Part shown: one piece after another, positions 1 through 10,767 of the stretch
How positions within the stretch are numbered: position 1 is the first letter of the stretch
How the letters are laid out: the number at the start of each line of letters is the position of its first letter
From: an uncultured bacterium
Lineage (GTDB): Bacteria > Chloroflexota > UBA5177 > JANWHV01
NCBI GenBank assembly: GCA_963827235.1
Contig: CAWHAE010000010.1
Location: 384,001-448,000, forward strand
DNA: 64,000 nucleotides
Direction: 5' to 3'
Made by a program: the position numbers and the translations under genes
The notes under the pieces: model-generated
Databases searched by the model: none
What the model was told of the DNA's origin: nothing
The model's input: only the letters and a program-made list of their open reading frames with translations

Positions 1-1252
1 CGTCGCCCGCGGCGTGCCCATAGCTGTCGTTGACCGCCTTGAAGTGGTCGAGATCCAGAAACAAGACGGCGCAGGATCGACTGTAGCGCTGGGCGCGGGC
101 CAACTCCAGCTCGACGGCGTTCACCATGGCGCGGTGGTTGGGCAAACCGGTGAGCGGATCGGTGGTGGCCAACGCCTCCAGCTGGGTATTGGCCGCCGCC
201 AAGGCCCGATTCATGCGCAGCGTCCGGCCAGTCTGGCTTGCGAGCTCGTGCGTAGCCAGGATCTGCCGAATCAGCACGACGGTCGTCAGCACCGCGGCAC
301 ACAGGTACATGCCCGGCTGAAGCGCTACCTTCCCATGTGCGCTCACTCCCCAGATCAGCACCCCGACCGCCGGGACGCCGGCGTAGGGTTGCAGCGTCTT
401 CCACACAACCGGCGCCACTACCTCCGGTGCCGGCGTCACCTCGGTCGCAGCGTCCTCCACGGCTCCGGCAGCGGCCAGCACGGCCAAGCCTATGAGGCTG
501 ATGGCCAGAGTCCAGCCAGCCTCCAGCAGGCTGCCCTCGACGTACGTGCCCTGCAGGCTCTGCACATCGAATATGCTGTCGCAGAGGATGGAGGCGAATG
601 TGCCTCCGGCGAGCAGCAACACCGTCGGGCGCATCGCCTTCATGATCGGACGGCTGACCAGCAAGAACAGGCAGGCTGCCTCCAACAGATCGCCGAGGGG
701 GTAGGCCGTGCCCACCACGTCGGCCAAGCGGTCGTTGCTGCTTTGCAGCACGGTGGGGCCGAGTACAAAATACCAGCTGAAGGCTGCAACGGCCGCCATC
801 ACTAACAGACCATCGGAGACGAGACGCAGACGCGCGGTGTGCGAGATGGCGCGCGCAGGCAGCAGAACGACGCCGGCGACGAAGAATGGGTAGTCGCTCA
901 GATATGCGGCGTCGGCCCAGGACGGAAACGGCGACTGGTGCAGGATCTGGCTGTAGATGGTATAGAGCAGCTGGCCGAGTGTGTAGAGCGCCAGATAGAA
1001 CAGCAGACATCGGGGTGACCACCGGGCCGCCCTGGTGTGCGGTGGCCTCCAGAGTGCGCGCGTACCCCAGGCGACCAGCGTGAAAGTCACTACCGAGCCG
1101 GTAAGTTCGATCCAGTTGGCTATCGCCTCCGATCGGTCGCTCGGTCCCGGCTTGAACAGCAGCCATGCGGCGAGTGCGGCGGTAATGCCCAGCAGGCAGG
1201 CCGCGGTAACAACGAAAGCTCGGCGACCGGCGGGCCGCACACTCTCGATCAT
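1..1252 (-). CDS. Membrane-anchored diguanylate cyclase (GGDEF-type domain), truncated by window edge
   Basis: Not in the ORF track because it runs off the edge. Manual minus-strand translation from ATG 1252 gives MIESVRPAGRRAFVV..., hydrophobic helices with FPSWADAAYL, and in frame CAVLFLDLDHFKAVNDSYGHAAGD at the edge, the classic GGDEF-domain N-terminal motif. Confidence 0.88.
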   Translation of the reverse strand, partial: MIESVRPAGRRAFVVTAACLLGITAALAAWLLFKPGPSDRSEAIANWIELTGSVVTFTLVAWGTRALWRPPHTRAARWSPRCLLFYLALYTLGQLLYTIYSQILHQSPFPSWADAAYLSDYPFFVAGVVLLPARAISHTARLRLVSDGLLVMAAVAAFSWYFVLGPTVLQSSNDRLADVVGTAYPLGDLLEAACLFLLVSRPIMKAMRPTVLLLAGGTFASILCDSIFDVQSLQGTYVEGSLLEAGWTLAISLIGLAVLAAAGAVEDAATEVTPAPEVVAPVVWKTLQPYAGVPAVGVLIWGVSAHGKVALQPGMYLCAAVLTTVVLIRQILATHELASQTGRTLRMNRALAAANTQLEALATTDPLTGLPNHRAMVNAVELELARAQRYSRSCAVLFLDLDHFKAVNDSYGHAAGD

Positions 1253-1711
1253 CGTGCTGTTCTCGCCCTGCCTCCCGTGTTCGCGCTGGTCCGCCCCAGC
1301 GCACCATACGCCATACCTGGCCGCGACACTATCCCCATCTCGGCGGTCTCCATTTGTCGGATTCGTGCCGGCACGCGGTCAACGCAGCCAAGCATTTGCG
1401 AAGGGTGACGCGGTGCGGTACCATTCGGCGACGACAGGAAGCCTGGTGTGGGGACCGGATGAAAGCTTCCAATCCTCTCGACAACAGTCGCCCGGCCAAC
1501 CGCGGCGCCACGGCCGCGACCACTCACGGCCGGCAAGCGCGGCGTCACCACCCGGCACGAGGCGCGCCGCTCGACAGCCTGTGGCTCGATCGAAGTAGCA
1601 TGTGGCGTGGGGCGCCGAGCGGCAGATCGTCGCGGGATCGCTCCGGCATGGCAGGGCACGAGGCCTGAGTTGTTGGCCGCCAATGTGCAGGAAACCGCGG
1701 GGTGAAGAGCG

Positions 1712-2740
1712 ATGGCCAGAGTACGCAGCAGCCTTGGCGTAGGAATTGTCGGTCTGGGTCGCATGGGCGCCTTGCACGCCGAGCACCTGGAGGGGGCGAT
1801 CACCGGGGCGAAACTGGTTCTCGCCGTGGTCGATCAGGCCGACGTGCAGCGCATGTCTGCCCTGGTGCACTGCCCGATCGGCAGTACCATCGACCAGTTG
1901 ATCGAGAACCCCGCGGTCGAGGCAGTGGTGATCGTTTCTCCCACCAGCTTGCACGACGACCACATCGCTCGCGTGGCTGCCGCGGGCAAGCCCATTTTCT
2001 GTGAGAAGCCTATCGCCGACTCGGTGGACAAGGCATCCCGCGTGGTTCGGCTGATAGAGCACGCCGGCATTCCGTTCCAGACCGCCTTTCAACGGCGCTT
2101 CGATCCCGGCTACGCACGCGCAAAGGAGCTGATCACAGCGGGCGCGATCGGCAAGCCGGAAATGTTCCGGGGCATCTCCTGCGACTACATGCCGTCTCTC
2201 GGCTACCTGCGCACCAGCGGAGGCTTGTTCTGGGATCTGGGCGTGCACGACTTCGACGCCGCCCGATTCCTGATGGGCGAAGAGATCACGGCTGTCCACG
2301 CGACCGGTACCGTTCAGGTCGAGCCGGAACTGGCTGCGCTCGGGGACATCGACTACGGCATCGTGTCGTTGCGCTTTCGCTCCGGCGCGGTCGGCGTCGT
2401 GCAGAACTGCTGGCGTGCAGCGTGGGGATACGAGATCCGCGCCGAGGTCTATGGATCGACAGGCAAGGTAGTGACCGAGCTCGACGAGCGGGTCCCGACT
2501 CGCCTCTATACCGAGCGCGGTGCAGTGTTCGAGCGCTACCACAAGTTCGTGGAGCGCTTCCGAGAAGCCTATCGTCTCGAGCTGCAGGCATTCGTCGATG
2601 CGCTGCACGCCGGGTCGCCGCCAACGCCCGACGCGCTCGACGGACTGATGGGACTGCGGATCGCGGACGCTGCCACGACAAGCCACCGGGAGAATCGTTG
2701 GGTGGAGATCGAGGCCGGACGGCCGATGGCCGCCGAGTAG
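1712..2740 (+). CDS. iolG: Inositol 2-dehydrogenase-like Gfo/Idh/MocA oxidoreductase
   Basis: GIVGLGRMG Rossmann motif, CEKP, FQRRFDPGY, SGGLFWDLGVHDFDAARFL, GYEIRAEVYGS. Confidence 0.8.
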   Translation: MARVRSSLGVGIVGLGRMGALHAEHLEGAITGAKLVLAVVDQADVQRMSALVHCPIGSTIDQLIENPAVEAVVIVSPTSLHDDHIARVAAAGKPIFCEKPIADSVDKASRVVRLIEHAGIPFQTAFQRRFDPGYARAKELITAGAIGKPEMFRGISCDYMPSLGYLRTSGGLFWDLGVHDFDAARFLMGEEITAVHATGTVQVEPELAALGDIDYGIVSLRFRSGAVGVVQNCWRAAWGYEIRAEVYGSTGKVVTELDERVPTRLYTERGAVFERYHKFVERFREAYRLELQAFVDALHAGSPPTPDALDGLMGLRIADAATTSHRENRWVEIEAGRPMAAE

Positions 2741-2751
2741 GCGGCGCTGGC

Positions 2752-3822
2752 TCAGGCCTGTGCCCAGGTGAGGATACGGCGCGGCGTCTCTTCCAGCAGC
2801 AATCGCTGCAGCTCGTGTCCGTGCCCGCGCTCGCGCAGGGCAGGCATGATCCGCGCGAGCAGATGCGCGTAGCCCGGGCCGCCGTGCTTGCGAAGCTGGC
2901 TCTTGGTGCAGATGTCGTGGGCGACCGCGACGTGCACGACCCAGCCTTCGGCCACGGCGGTCTCGATGGCCGCGATGCGCGCCGCGTCGGACGGCATGCC
3001 CTTGCCGCCATAGTCGTCTTCGTCGCCAAAGATGTCGTAGGAAATGGTCGCGCCGCGATCGACGAGCGATCGGTGATATGCCAGATCGGGCAGCGTGGCA
3101 TCGAGGTGGCAGAGCACGATCCGGCGCAAATCGGCGCCGGCGGTCTCGGCGACATCAAGCGCCTGGTGACCGGCATGCCCCCAGGGATCGAGATGGATGA
3201 ACAGCGGCGCTCCCGTCTCGTGCTGCACGCGCGCGGCGGCGCGCAACACCGCACTTTCGCGCGCAGTGATGGGATCGGAGGTACCGATCTCCCCGATCAC
3301 GCCGGCGCGGACCGGTTCGCCGTCCGGCGCCGGTACGCCGTCGAGCAGGTCTCGCCGTATGCGGCCGGCGATGGCGTCCTCGTCGTCGTGCTCGAGCCAT
3401 GCCGGGTGGGCAGCGTCTACATAGTGGCCGCAGCCCATTACGATGGCGAGGCCGCTACGCGTGGCTATTCGCCGCAGCGCGGCCGGGTCGCGACCGATGT
3501 CCGGCAGCGTCAGGTCGACAACGGTGCGCCCTCCGTGTCGTGCAAAGTGTCCTAGCTCTTCGCAGGCCAGCGACTCGTCGTCCAGGTACAGGTTGTCTCG
3601 CACGGCGAAAGGATCCAGCCGCACGGTGGCCATGGTGTCGGGACCAACGGGCAACGCCGCACGAGCGCGATCGGCGTCCGTGATCGGCGGCGTCAGCCAG
3701 ACCGACAGGTCGATAAAGATGTGCTCGTGGAGCAGCGTAGGCCCCAGCTCGCTCGTGGCGAGCGGGCCGAGTACAGTCATCACCGAGGGCTCAGCCATGG
3801 GTACAGACACTGTCGCTTCCAT
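2752..3822 (-). CDS. Phosphotriesterase-related (PTER/Php-type) amidohydrolase
   Basis: TLLHEHIF (HxH), VIGEIG, FIHL, VLCHLD, SYDIFG, AHDICTK...HGGPGYAHLL metal-binding pattern. Confidence 0.88.
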   Translation of the reverse strand: MEATVSVPMAEPSVMTVLGPLATSELGPTLLHEHIFIDLSVWLTPPITDADRARAALPVGPDTMATVRLDPFAVRDNLYLDDESLACEELGHFARHGGRTVVDLTLPDIGRDPAALRRIATRSGLAIVMGCGHYVDAAHPAWLEHDDEDAIAGRIRRDLLDGVPAPDGEPVRAGVIGEIGTSDPITARESAVLRAAARVQHETGAPLFIHLDPWGHAGHQALDVAETAGADLRRIVLCHLDATLPDLAYHRSLVDRGATISYDIFGDEDDYGGKGMPSDAARIAAIETAVAEGWVVHVAVAHDICTKSQLRKHGGPGYAHLLARIMPALRERGHGHELQRLLLEETPRRILTWAQA

Positions 3823-4147
3823 TACCTCGCAATGAGGTCAACGCGTCGAGGCAAAGGACGGCCCGGTGTCCCGACCTGCCGGCGCGCCCAGCGTAGCCGA
3901 TCGGGCCACCAGGAGACGGCGCTCACTCCACGCCAACTGGGGAAGGTACGCATGACCTCGACAGGACTATACTAGCATAGTGTCATGGAGGCGTGTTTGA
4001 GCGCATAGGCCGCGTCGAGCGTACGCGTCGGCCAAACCGGCTTTATGGCCTGAAGTCGGAGCCTGTCCCGCGGGCGTTGCCGATGCTTGACCGCGGACCT
4101 CGAGCTCTGCGCGCTTGAGGCGCCACGCCGGGCGCGGAGCCTGCCTG

Positions 4148-5272
4148 CTAAGAGCCCGTAGACGGCGGCGGAATCTGCTGCGGCCGACCGCTTTCCACTG
4201 CAGCCGCGATGGCCTGGAGCACCACCAGGTCTTGCCGGCCCTCGTGTCCAGAGGTCAGAGGCCGCTTACCTTCGACGGCGCACTGGTAGAAGTGCTCCAG
4301 CTCTCGCTTAAAGGCCTCCTCGTACGATACCAGCAGCGACTTCTCCGCAGCGGCGCCGTGGTCGAGCCCTTCCACCACGAGCGAAGTTGGCTCGCTACGC
4401 AGGAACGGCGAAGGGTAGCGCAGGGTTACGCGATCGGCGGCGCCATAGAAAGCCAGATCCATGCTATAGTGCGGCAGGTCGGGAAGGTTCACCCACGTGA
4501 GCACGCAGCGCACGGAGCTGGGGTAGCGGAAGACCACCGTGAGTCCCTCTGTCTGCATCCAGGCTTCCGCGCTGACCACGGCTTCCGGCTCACCCAGCAG
4601 GCCGCGCATTGCGTTCACCTCGTGTACGAGGGTGTCGAGCAGGATCACGTCATAGACCTTGCGTACCAGTGGCGGCGAATCTGCCCCCACGGCCTCGGCC
4701 AGCAGGGCCTCGCGTTCCGCGGTCAGCTCGGCAAGGGTCTCCGCGGGCAGGTCGTCGACGCGCACCAGCGGGTAGTGCGCGACGTAGGGACGGAAGGGTG
4801 CCTCCAGCGTGGTGATCTGGGCCAGGCGGAGATCCCGCAGCGCTCGTACCAGCGGCTGCGCCCGCTCGTAGGCAGGATCGAAGCGCTTCATGTTGCCGAC
4901 CATGAGCACTACCCCAGCCCGGGTGGCGGCGCCGATCATGGCATCCGCTTCGCGCAGCGTGAAGCACATCGGCTTCTCGACGAATACGTGCCGGCCCTGC
5001 TGCGCCGCGGCAATGGCGGGCAGCGCGTGGGAGCCTGCCGAGAGCACCATCACGGCGTCCAGCGGCTCTGTCACCAGGTCCTGCCATCGCGAATGCCGAC
5101 GAGAAACTCCGTACACGTCGGCGACCGCCGCCAGCGTGCCCGGGGAGATGTCACACAGCGCCGCGATCTCGAAGCGATCCTGCATCTCGCGCAGATACGG
5201 CAAGTGCATGACCTGGGCGATGAGCCCGCAGCCTATTACGCCAACGCGAAGCCGTTCCATCTGGTGCCTCAC
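4148..5272 (-). CDS. Gfo/Idh/MocA family oxidoreductase
   Basis: VGVIGCGLIA, FVEKPM, VGNMKRFDP. Confidence 0.9.
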   Translation of the reverse strand: MRHQMERLRVGVIGCGLIAQVMHLPYLREMQDRFEIAALCDISPGTLAAVADVYGVSRRHSRWQDLVTEPLDAVMVLSAGSHALPAIAAAQQGRHVFVEKPMCFTLREADAMIGAATRAGVVLMVGNMKRFDPAYERAQPLVRALRDLRLAQITTLEAPFRPYVAHYPLVRVDDLPAETLAELTAEREALLAEAVGADSPPLVRKVYDVILLDTLVHEVNAMRGLLGEPEAVVSAEAWMQTEGLTVVFRYPSSVRCVLTWVNLPDLPHYSMDLAFYGAADRVTLRYPSPFLRSEPTSLVVEGLDHGAAAEKSLLVSYEEAFKRELEHFYQCAVEGKRPLTSGHEGRQDLVVLQAIAAAVESGRPQQIPPPSTGS

Positions 5273-5381
5273 TTACGCACTGAGCCGGCACGTCCGGGCG
5301 TGTCGCCATCTACTGCTATCTGCCATGGCCGGCGCTCGCCAACACGGTATCTATCGGGCCGGCGAGCACCGGCCTGAGGCG

Positions 5382-6680
5382 CTAAACCTTCTCCGCCGCC
5401 AGGAGCGAGTCGACTGCACCGTGTACTTTGCGCACGGCGTCGACCACGTAGCTCATCACCGAGGAATCCTGGCCCGCCAGGGGATAACGCTCCGAGCCGA
5501 GGAGCAGCGAATCGTTCAAGAGGCTCGTCGCTTCCGGATAGGCAGCGGCATCGTACGTGATGTCGCGACTTGCCGGCGGCACCGTCCAGGGGAACTGGCT
5601 ACCGTAGCCCGCTCGCTGTTGGAAGAGCGGGTAGGCCGGAAGCGGCGTCGTGTGCCAGAGAACTGCCTCGACGCCCTCGGCGCGCAGGGCGCGCAGCATG
5701 GCATTGCGCAGGCGCAGTGGATCGGCGTCCAGCCCCATAGCCGCGGGATCGAGACGGAGGCGATACTTCTGGAACGTGTGGGTTCTGTCGTCCGGCACGA
5801 ACGGTGGCCGGATGCCCGGCAGATCGCGCAGGCCGGCGGTGAGAATGGCAGCGTTTGCCGCCGCGCGCGCGTTATTCTCGTCCAGGCGCCGGAGCTGGCT
5901 GCGAGTGAAGGCCGCGGGCATCTCCTGTGACCGGTGATTCCACCCGATGACGTAGGAGAAGTACGGCCGGAACAACTCCTCGTCGAGCCGGTCGGATCGC
6001 TCGCCGAAGATGCGGAACATGTTGGCGCGCTGAAGCAGCTTCTCGTCGTTCGTGACGAAGAACCCGCCTTCGCCGCCGGGCAGCGACTTGGTGAAGTTGA
6101 GGCTGAACGCCCCCATGTCGCCGATCGGGCCGACACGCTTCCCCTTGTAGGTGGCACCGTGCGCCTGGCAGGCGTCTTCGATCACAGCCAAGCCGTGCCG
6201 CTTGGCGATCGCCATGATCTCGTCGAGATCCGCGGGCAAGCCATGAATGTGAACCGGCATAATGGCCCGGGTTCTCGGAGATATCAGGGCTTCCACCTGG
6301 CTCGGCTGCAGGGTGAACGTGCGCGGGTCCACGTCCGCGAACACGGGGATGGCCAGGGCCTGCAAGATCGCCAGCGCCGAGGCAGAGAAGGAGAAGGCCG
6401 ACGTGATCACCTCGTCGCCCGGCCGGAGGTCCAGGGCCAGCAGGGCCAGGTGAAGAGCCGAAGTGCCGCTGTTGGTAGCCAGGCAGTACCGCGCGCCGAC
6501 GTATTCGGCGAACTCGCGCTGCAACGCCGACGCTTCCGGTGCTTCGGCGCCTCCTATGATTCCGCGGTCGAGGACCGCCATGACGGCGGCCTTGTCCTCA
6601 GGCAAGATGCGCGGCCAAGCCTGCTGAATGCCCGGCGGCATTGCCGGAGTACCACCTTGTATCGCCAATCGCTCGCTCAT
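5382..6680 (-). CDS. DegT/DnrJ/EryC1/StrS family PLP aminotransferase
   Basis: NSGTSALHLAL, IMPVHIHG, IEDACQAHGA, FSLNFTKSL (PLP Lys), GEGG; start MSERLAIQGG. Confidence 0.93.
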   Translation of the reverse strand: MSERLAIQGGTPAMPPGIQQAWPRILPEDKAAVMAVLDRGIIGGAEAPEASALQREFAEYVGARYCLATNSGTSALHLALLALDLRPGDEVITSAFSFSASALAILQALAIPVFADVDPRTFTLQPSQVEALISPRTRAIMPVHIHGLPADLDEIMAIAKRHGLAVIEDACQAHGATYKGKRVGPIGDMGAFSLNFTKSLPGGEGGFFVTNDEKLLQRANMFRIFGERSDRLDEELFRPYFSYVIGWNHRSQEMPAAFTRSQLRRLDENNARAAANAAILTAGLRDLPGIRPPFVPDDRTHTFQKYRLRLDPAAMGLDADPLRLRNAMLRALRAEGVEAVLWHTTPLPAYPLFQQRAGYGSQFPWTVPPASRDITYDAAAYPEATSLLNDSLLLGSERYPLAGQDSSVMSYVVDAVRKVHGAVDSLLAAEKV

Positions 6681-6849
6681 GCCTCGCTCCAATCGTTCAA
6701 GCGAATCGCTACTCTGATTCGCGGCCTACCGGGGAACAACGTGATAGCGCAAGTACTGTATCGGCTCTCGGGCCACGACAGAGGACCGCACGGCCGCGGC
6801 AGGCAAACATGCCCGACGTGTCGCGGCCGGCTCCGCCCGGACTCTGAAT

Positions 6850-6897
6850 TGTGCAAACGTTAGCACACATCCTAGCAGAGGGCACCCGGCATGTCAA
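6850..6897 (-). promoter_or_regulatory. Sigma70 promoter with LacI-type operator for the degT operon
   Basis: Minus strand TTGACA(6897-6892)-17bp-TAGGAT(6874-6869), followed by the palindrome TGTGCTAACGTTTGCACA (6850-6867). Confidence 0.8.
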
Positions 6898-7184
6898 TCC
6901 GCCGGCCACAAGGCAAAATCCGCGGCCACCGTTGGTCACTCACGCGCGCTCGCCGGGCCGCGTACGACGAGGTAGTGTCGAGCGAGCAGGCCATAGTGGG
7001 ATGTCGACGGCAGAGGCCGCGGATCCTCGTTTTTCTGAGCCGTGCAGGATGTCCGGCCGGACGGCTCCCTACTCGTTGCCGCCTTGGGCGAGGAGAAGCC
7101 GGGGCGCCGGCGCGCCATGAGGACAGTGCCTGCTCTCAGATCTCGAGCGGCCACGGCGGCCTGGAGTCTGGCTCAGATTCGGCG

Positions 7185-7231
7185 TTGACACTTCCAGGGT
7201 GCCGTGATAGGATAGCTGCTAACGTTGGCAC
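7185..7231 (+). promoter_or_regulatory. Sigma70 promoter with LacI-type operator for the ABC operon
   Basis: TTGACA(7185-7190)-17bp-TAGGAT(7208-7213, TG-extended), then TGCTAACGTTGGCAC (7217-7231). Confidence 0.8.
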
Positions 7232-7443
7232 AAGACTCGATCTCCATCTGCTGCGCGGGTTGTTCGCGCGCCGGTATCCGCCAGGGCCGCCTTTGCTCCC
7301 ATAGCTTCGGTATCGGAGTCGAGAATGCATTTGTTGACATCGTTTCCGAGCACTCCACGATGATCGCCCGGCACGGCGCATGGCGCCGTCGCGACCTCAA
7401 GCCTGGCCGCGTGGCAGATGCCGGCACACCGGCAGACCTGGGC

Positions 7444-8340
7444 ATGCGGGAGAAGCGACGGTCCTGGCTGCCGCAGGTTTCTCTGGCGCCGCTGCTTCTT
7501 CTACTCCCCGCCACTCTGCTGCTTGCAGTCTTCCTGGTAGGTCCGATCGTGCAGGCGGTCAGGGTGGCTCTGACAGACCAAGCGCTGACCGGTCCGCGCG
7601 CCAACAACTATGGCTTCATCGGACTGGACAACTTCAGGCAGCTCTTCTCGGATCCCGACTTCCACAGCGCGATCGTGGTTAGCGCTGAATACGTGGCCGG
7701 CAGCGTGATCGGCATCACGGCGGTCGGCTTGCTGTTAGCCTATCTGATGTGGCATGGCGTGCACACGGTGATCGTTCGCCTCGTCTCCGGTGTGGTGATC
7801 ATCGCCTGGGTCGTGCCCGAGATCGTGGCCGGTTTCGTCTGGCTGGCATTTGGAGGAAGCAACGGGACACTGGCCAAGATCCTGGAGCCGATCGCCGGCA
7901 GTGCGAACGGCAATGACTGGCTGGTCCGCGCGCCGCTCGTGCTGGTAAGCATGGCTACCATCTGGGCTACGACTGCCTTCTCCATGCTGGTATTCACGGC
8001 CGGGCTGCACGGCCTGCCTGAAGAAGTGCTCGAGGCGGCGACCATGGATGGCGCGAACCTCTGGCAGCGCATCTTCAGGGTCGAGCTTCCGATGCTGAAG
8101 AGCACCATCGGCACCACGCTGATCCTGGTCACGCTTTCGGTTCTTACCGACTTCACCCTGATCTATACGATCACGGGCGGCGGGCCGGGCACGGAAACCA
8201 CGACCCTGCCGCTGTACGTCTACCAGCAAGCAATCACTATCACCGTGCTGGGGTACGGTAGCGCCGCCGCCGTGCTGCTGGTGGCTGCTGCCGCGCTCAT
8301 TTCGCTGCTGTACGTAATCGTGCTCAGGATCGAGGTGTAG
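7444..8340 (+). CDS. Carbohydrate ABC transporter permease (CUT1, MalF-like); start uncertain
   Basis: Multiple TM segments, FIGLDNF, EAA loop LEAATMDGANLWQRIFRVELPML, TGGGPG. Confidence 0.92.
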   Translation: MREKRRSWLPQVSLAPLLLLLPATLLLAVFLVGPIVQAVRVALTDQALTGPRANNYGFIGLDNFRQLFSDPDFHSAIVVSAEYVAGSVIGITAVGLLLAYLMWHGVHTVIVRLVSGVVIIAWVVPEIVAGFVWLAFGGSNGTLAKILEPIAGSANGNDWLVRAPLVLVSMATIWATTAFSMLVFTAGLHGLPEEVLEAATMDGANLWQRIFRVELPMLKSTIGTTLILVTLSVLTDFTLIYTITGGGPGTETTTLPLYVYQQAITITVLGYGSAAAVLLVAAAALISLLYVIVLRIEV

Positions 8341-8342
8341 CA

Positions 8343-9206
8343 GTGCTTGCCGTCCAGCATTCGTCTCGCCAACAGAAGCCCGCGCGCAGGCAGAGCTCCG
8401 CGGGGTCCGTGATCCAGCACGTGACGCTGTTCGCCCTGCTGCTGATGTTCCTGGTGCCGATGCTGTGGGTGCTCAGCGCGTCTATCGACGCGCACGCGTC
8501 GTTCGCGATCCAATGGCCGCACCTCTCCCTGGTCAACTTCCAGACCATCCTGACCGTCGACTACCTCTGGCGACCAATCGCCAACAGTCTCATTCTGGCC
8601 GGCGCAACGACGGTCGTGGTAGTGATTGCCGGAGTAACGGCCTCGTATGCGCTCTCCCGGCACCGGGCCTGGTATACCCGAGGCTACCTTTTCGCCATCC
8701 TCTTCGCCACCGGTTTGCCGGTGCAATTGTTGATGGTGCCGGCGTACACGCTCTTCCTGCAGCTCAACCTGCTCGACTCCATACCGGCTACCGTGCTCCT
8801 GCTGAGCGCCACGTCGCTGCCGTTTGCCATCTGGCTGCTTAAGAACTTTATCGATCATATTGCGCGCGAGCTGGACGAGGCCTCGCAGGTGGACGGTGCC
8901 GGCTCGTTCGATTGCATTCGCCTGATTATCCTGCCGCTGGCCGCCCCCGGCATCGCCGTCGCCGCCATGTTCACGTTCCTGACGGCCTGGGGCCAGTTCG
9001 TGATCCCCTACATCCTGCTGCAATCGCCGGACAAGTTTCCCGCTGCCGTCAGTATCTTCGATTTTATGTCCGCTCAGGGTCAGGTGCAGTATGGGCCACT
9101 CGCCGCCTTCACCCTGGTCTATTCGCTTCCGGTTCTGGCGCTCTACGCGGGACTGGCGAAGTTCTTCTCGGGAGCGTTCAACTTCGGCGGTGGCGTTAAA
9201 GGTTAG
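8343..9206 (+). CDS. Carbohydrate ABC transporter permease (CUT1, MalG-like)
   Basis: ELDEASQVDGA EAA motif, FLTAWGQF, TM segments. Confidence 0.92.
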   Translation: MLAVQHSSRQQKPARRQSSAGSVIQHVTLFALLLMFLVPMLWVLSASIDAHASFAIQWPHLSLVNFQTILTVDYLWRPIANSLILAGATTVVVVIAGVTASYALSRHRAWYTRGYLFAILFATGLPVQLLMVPAYTLFLQLNLLDSIPATVLLLSATSLPFAIWLLKNFIDHIARELDEASQVDGAGSFDCIRLIILPLAAPGIAVAAMFTFLTAWGQFVIPYILLQSPDKFPAAVSIFDFMSAQGQVQYGPLAAFTLVYSLPVLALYAGLAKFFSGAFNFGGGVKG

Positions 9207-9300
9207 GAGTGCGGCATGTAGCACACAGTCCGGCGCGGAGGCAATCGCACGATTGGACGGCCTATCTTCGATCCATAAGCCCTTGTGGAGGGAGGGAGCC

Positions 9301-10758
9301 ATGTATTCGCGAGCACTTGACCCGGGCCCGGTCGCGTCGCCTCGACGCAGGCAGGGCGGGCGTATTCTCGGCGTTCTCGGCGCCGGTGCCATGATCACAG
9401 TTGCAACCTTCGCCCCGATGACCTTTCCCGCTCCCCAGGCTCGCGCGGCCACGGGAACGAGCACTTGCGCCGGTTCCGACGCGGTGCCAAGCGGAACCAC
9501 GATTTCCATCGCCTACAGCTCCGAGCAGGAATTCAACTCCAATCCGCAGGCTGCGCAGTGGTTCAGCATGCTCAAGAAGCAATTCGAGGCGGCGCACAAG
9601 GGCGTGACTCTCAAGCTGATTCCCATTCCCGGTTCGCAGACGAACTACCAGACCAAGATCCGCCTTATGCTCCGCTCTGCATCGACGGCACCCGACATCA
9701 TCCACGAGTGGACGCCCTACGTGCAGGATCAGGTGGATGCCAACCAGCTGGCACCGCTGGACGACTGTGTGGCGACCTGGAAGGACTGGTCTCTGTTTCC
9801 GCAGGTGATCCGCTATAGCGGTGCGCCTGGTCCCCATATCTGGCAGATGAACTCAGGTGTCAACAACTACGGCCTGTACTACGACGTCAACGCCTTCGCC
9901 AAGGCAGGTCTGCCTACGACCTGGACGCCAAAGAACTGGAACGACATCCTGACCGCCGCCCGGGCGATCAAGAGCAAGGTTCCCAACGTGACGCCGTTCT
10001 GGATGTATGCCGGGAACCAGCTGGCGGACCAGACCACGCGCCAGAATTTCCTTGACCTCCTAGCCGGTACGCGTAGCCCGCTGATGGTCGACGGTAAATG
10101 GGTGGTCAAGAGCCAGGGTCTGCTCGATACTTTCAACTTCTATCACACCGTCTTCAGCGACGGGTTGGGGCCGACGCCGTCCCTGCTCGATAGCCAGACG
10201 GCGGACGCCAACCTCACCGGCACCTACATGCCCAAGCAGCAGGTGGCTATCGCTCTGGTCGGCAGCTGGGCTGGTAGCTGGTGGATCAAGGGCGGCCCAG
10301 CTCCCTGGCCGGGCGCCATCCACGCCTATAAGGCGACGGCGTTGCCCACGGAATTTGGCCAGGCGCCGGGATATGTCACGCAGCTGAACGGTTCCAACTT
10401 CGTCATGACCAGCTACTCCCAGCACAAGAAGCTCGCCTTCGACTTGCTGGCGATGGCGGAGGATCACCAGTTCAACTTGCTGCACGCCTGGTGGTGCGGC
10501 GAAGTACCGCCGCGCACCGACGTGGCCACTGATCCGGTGTGGCTGAACTCGACCCCCTACTACAACGCGCAGGCAGCCAGCTGGAGCAAGTACGGCACGT
10601 TCACGCCATCCAGCAACTACTCGACAATCGAGACCGCGGTCGCGGAGTCCACGGGCGAAATCGAAGCATCCGGGACCAGCGGCCAGCAAGCGCTGAGCGA
10701 CTTTACCCGCCGAGTGACCCAGGTGCTCGGCAACAACTACGTGGCCACGGCTCCCTGA
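9301..10758 (+). CDS. Extracellular sugar-binding protein (CUT1)
   Basis: RBS GGAG before ATG 9301, signal-like N-terminus, FEAAHKGV, APDII, LAPLDD, GLYYDVNAFAKAGLP, PKNWNDIL. Confidence 0.9.
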   Translation: MYSRALDPGPVASPRRRQGGRILGVLGAGAMITVATFAPMTFPAPQARAATGTSTCAGSDAVPSGTTISIAYSSEQEFNSNPQAAQWFSMLKKQFEAAHKGVTLKLIPIPGSQTNYQTKIRLMLRSASTAPDIIHEWTPYVQDQVDANQLAPLDDCVATWKDWSLFPQVIRYSGAPGPHIWQMNSGVNNYGLYYDVNAFAKAGLPTTWTPKNWNDILTAARAIKSKVPNVTPFWMYAGNQLADQTTRQNFLDLLAGTRSPLMVDGKWVVKSQGLLDTFNFYHTVFSDGLGPTPSLLDSQTADANLTGTYMPKQQVAIALVGSWAGSWWIKGGPAPWPGAIHAYKATALPTEFGQAPGYVTQLNGSNFVMTSYSQHKKLAFDLLAMAEDHQFNLLHAWWCGEVPPRTDVATDPVWLNSTPYYNAQAASWSKYGTFTPSSNYSTIETAVAESTGEIEASGTSGQQALSDFTRRVTQVLGNNYVATAP

Positions 10759-10767
10759 CACCGGGCA

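Noticed and set aside
14-805. 263-aa plus-strand ORF
   Set aside because: Antisense of the GGDEF gene; VVDRLEVVEIQ is the reverse reading of LDLDHFKAVND.
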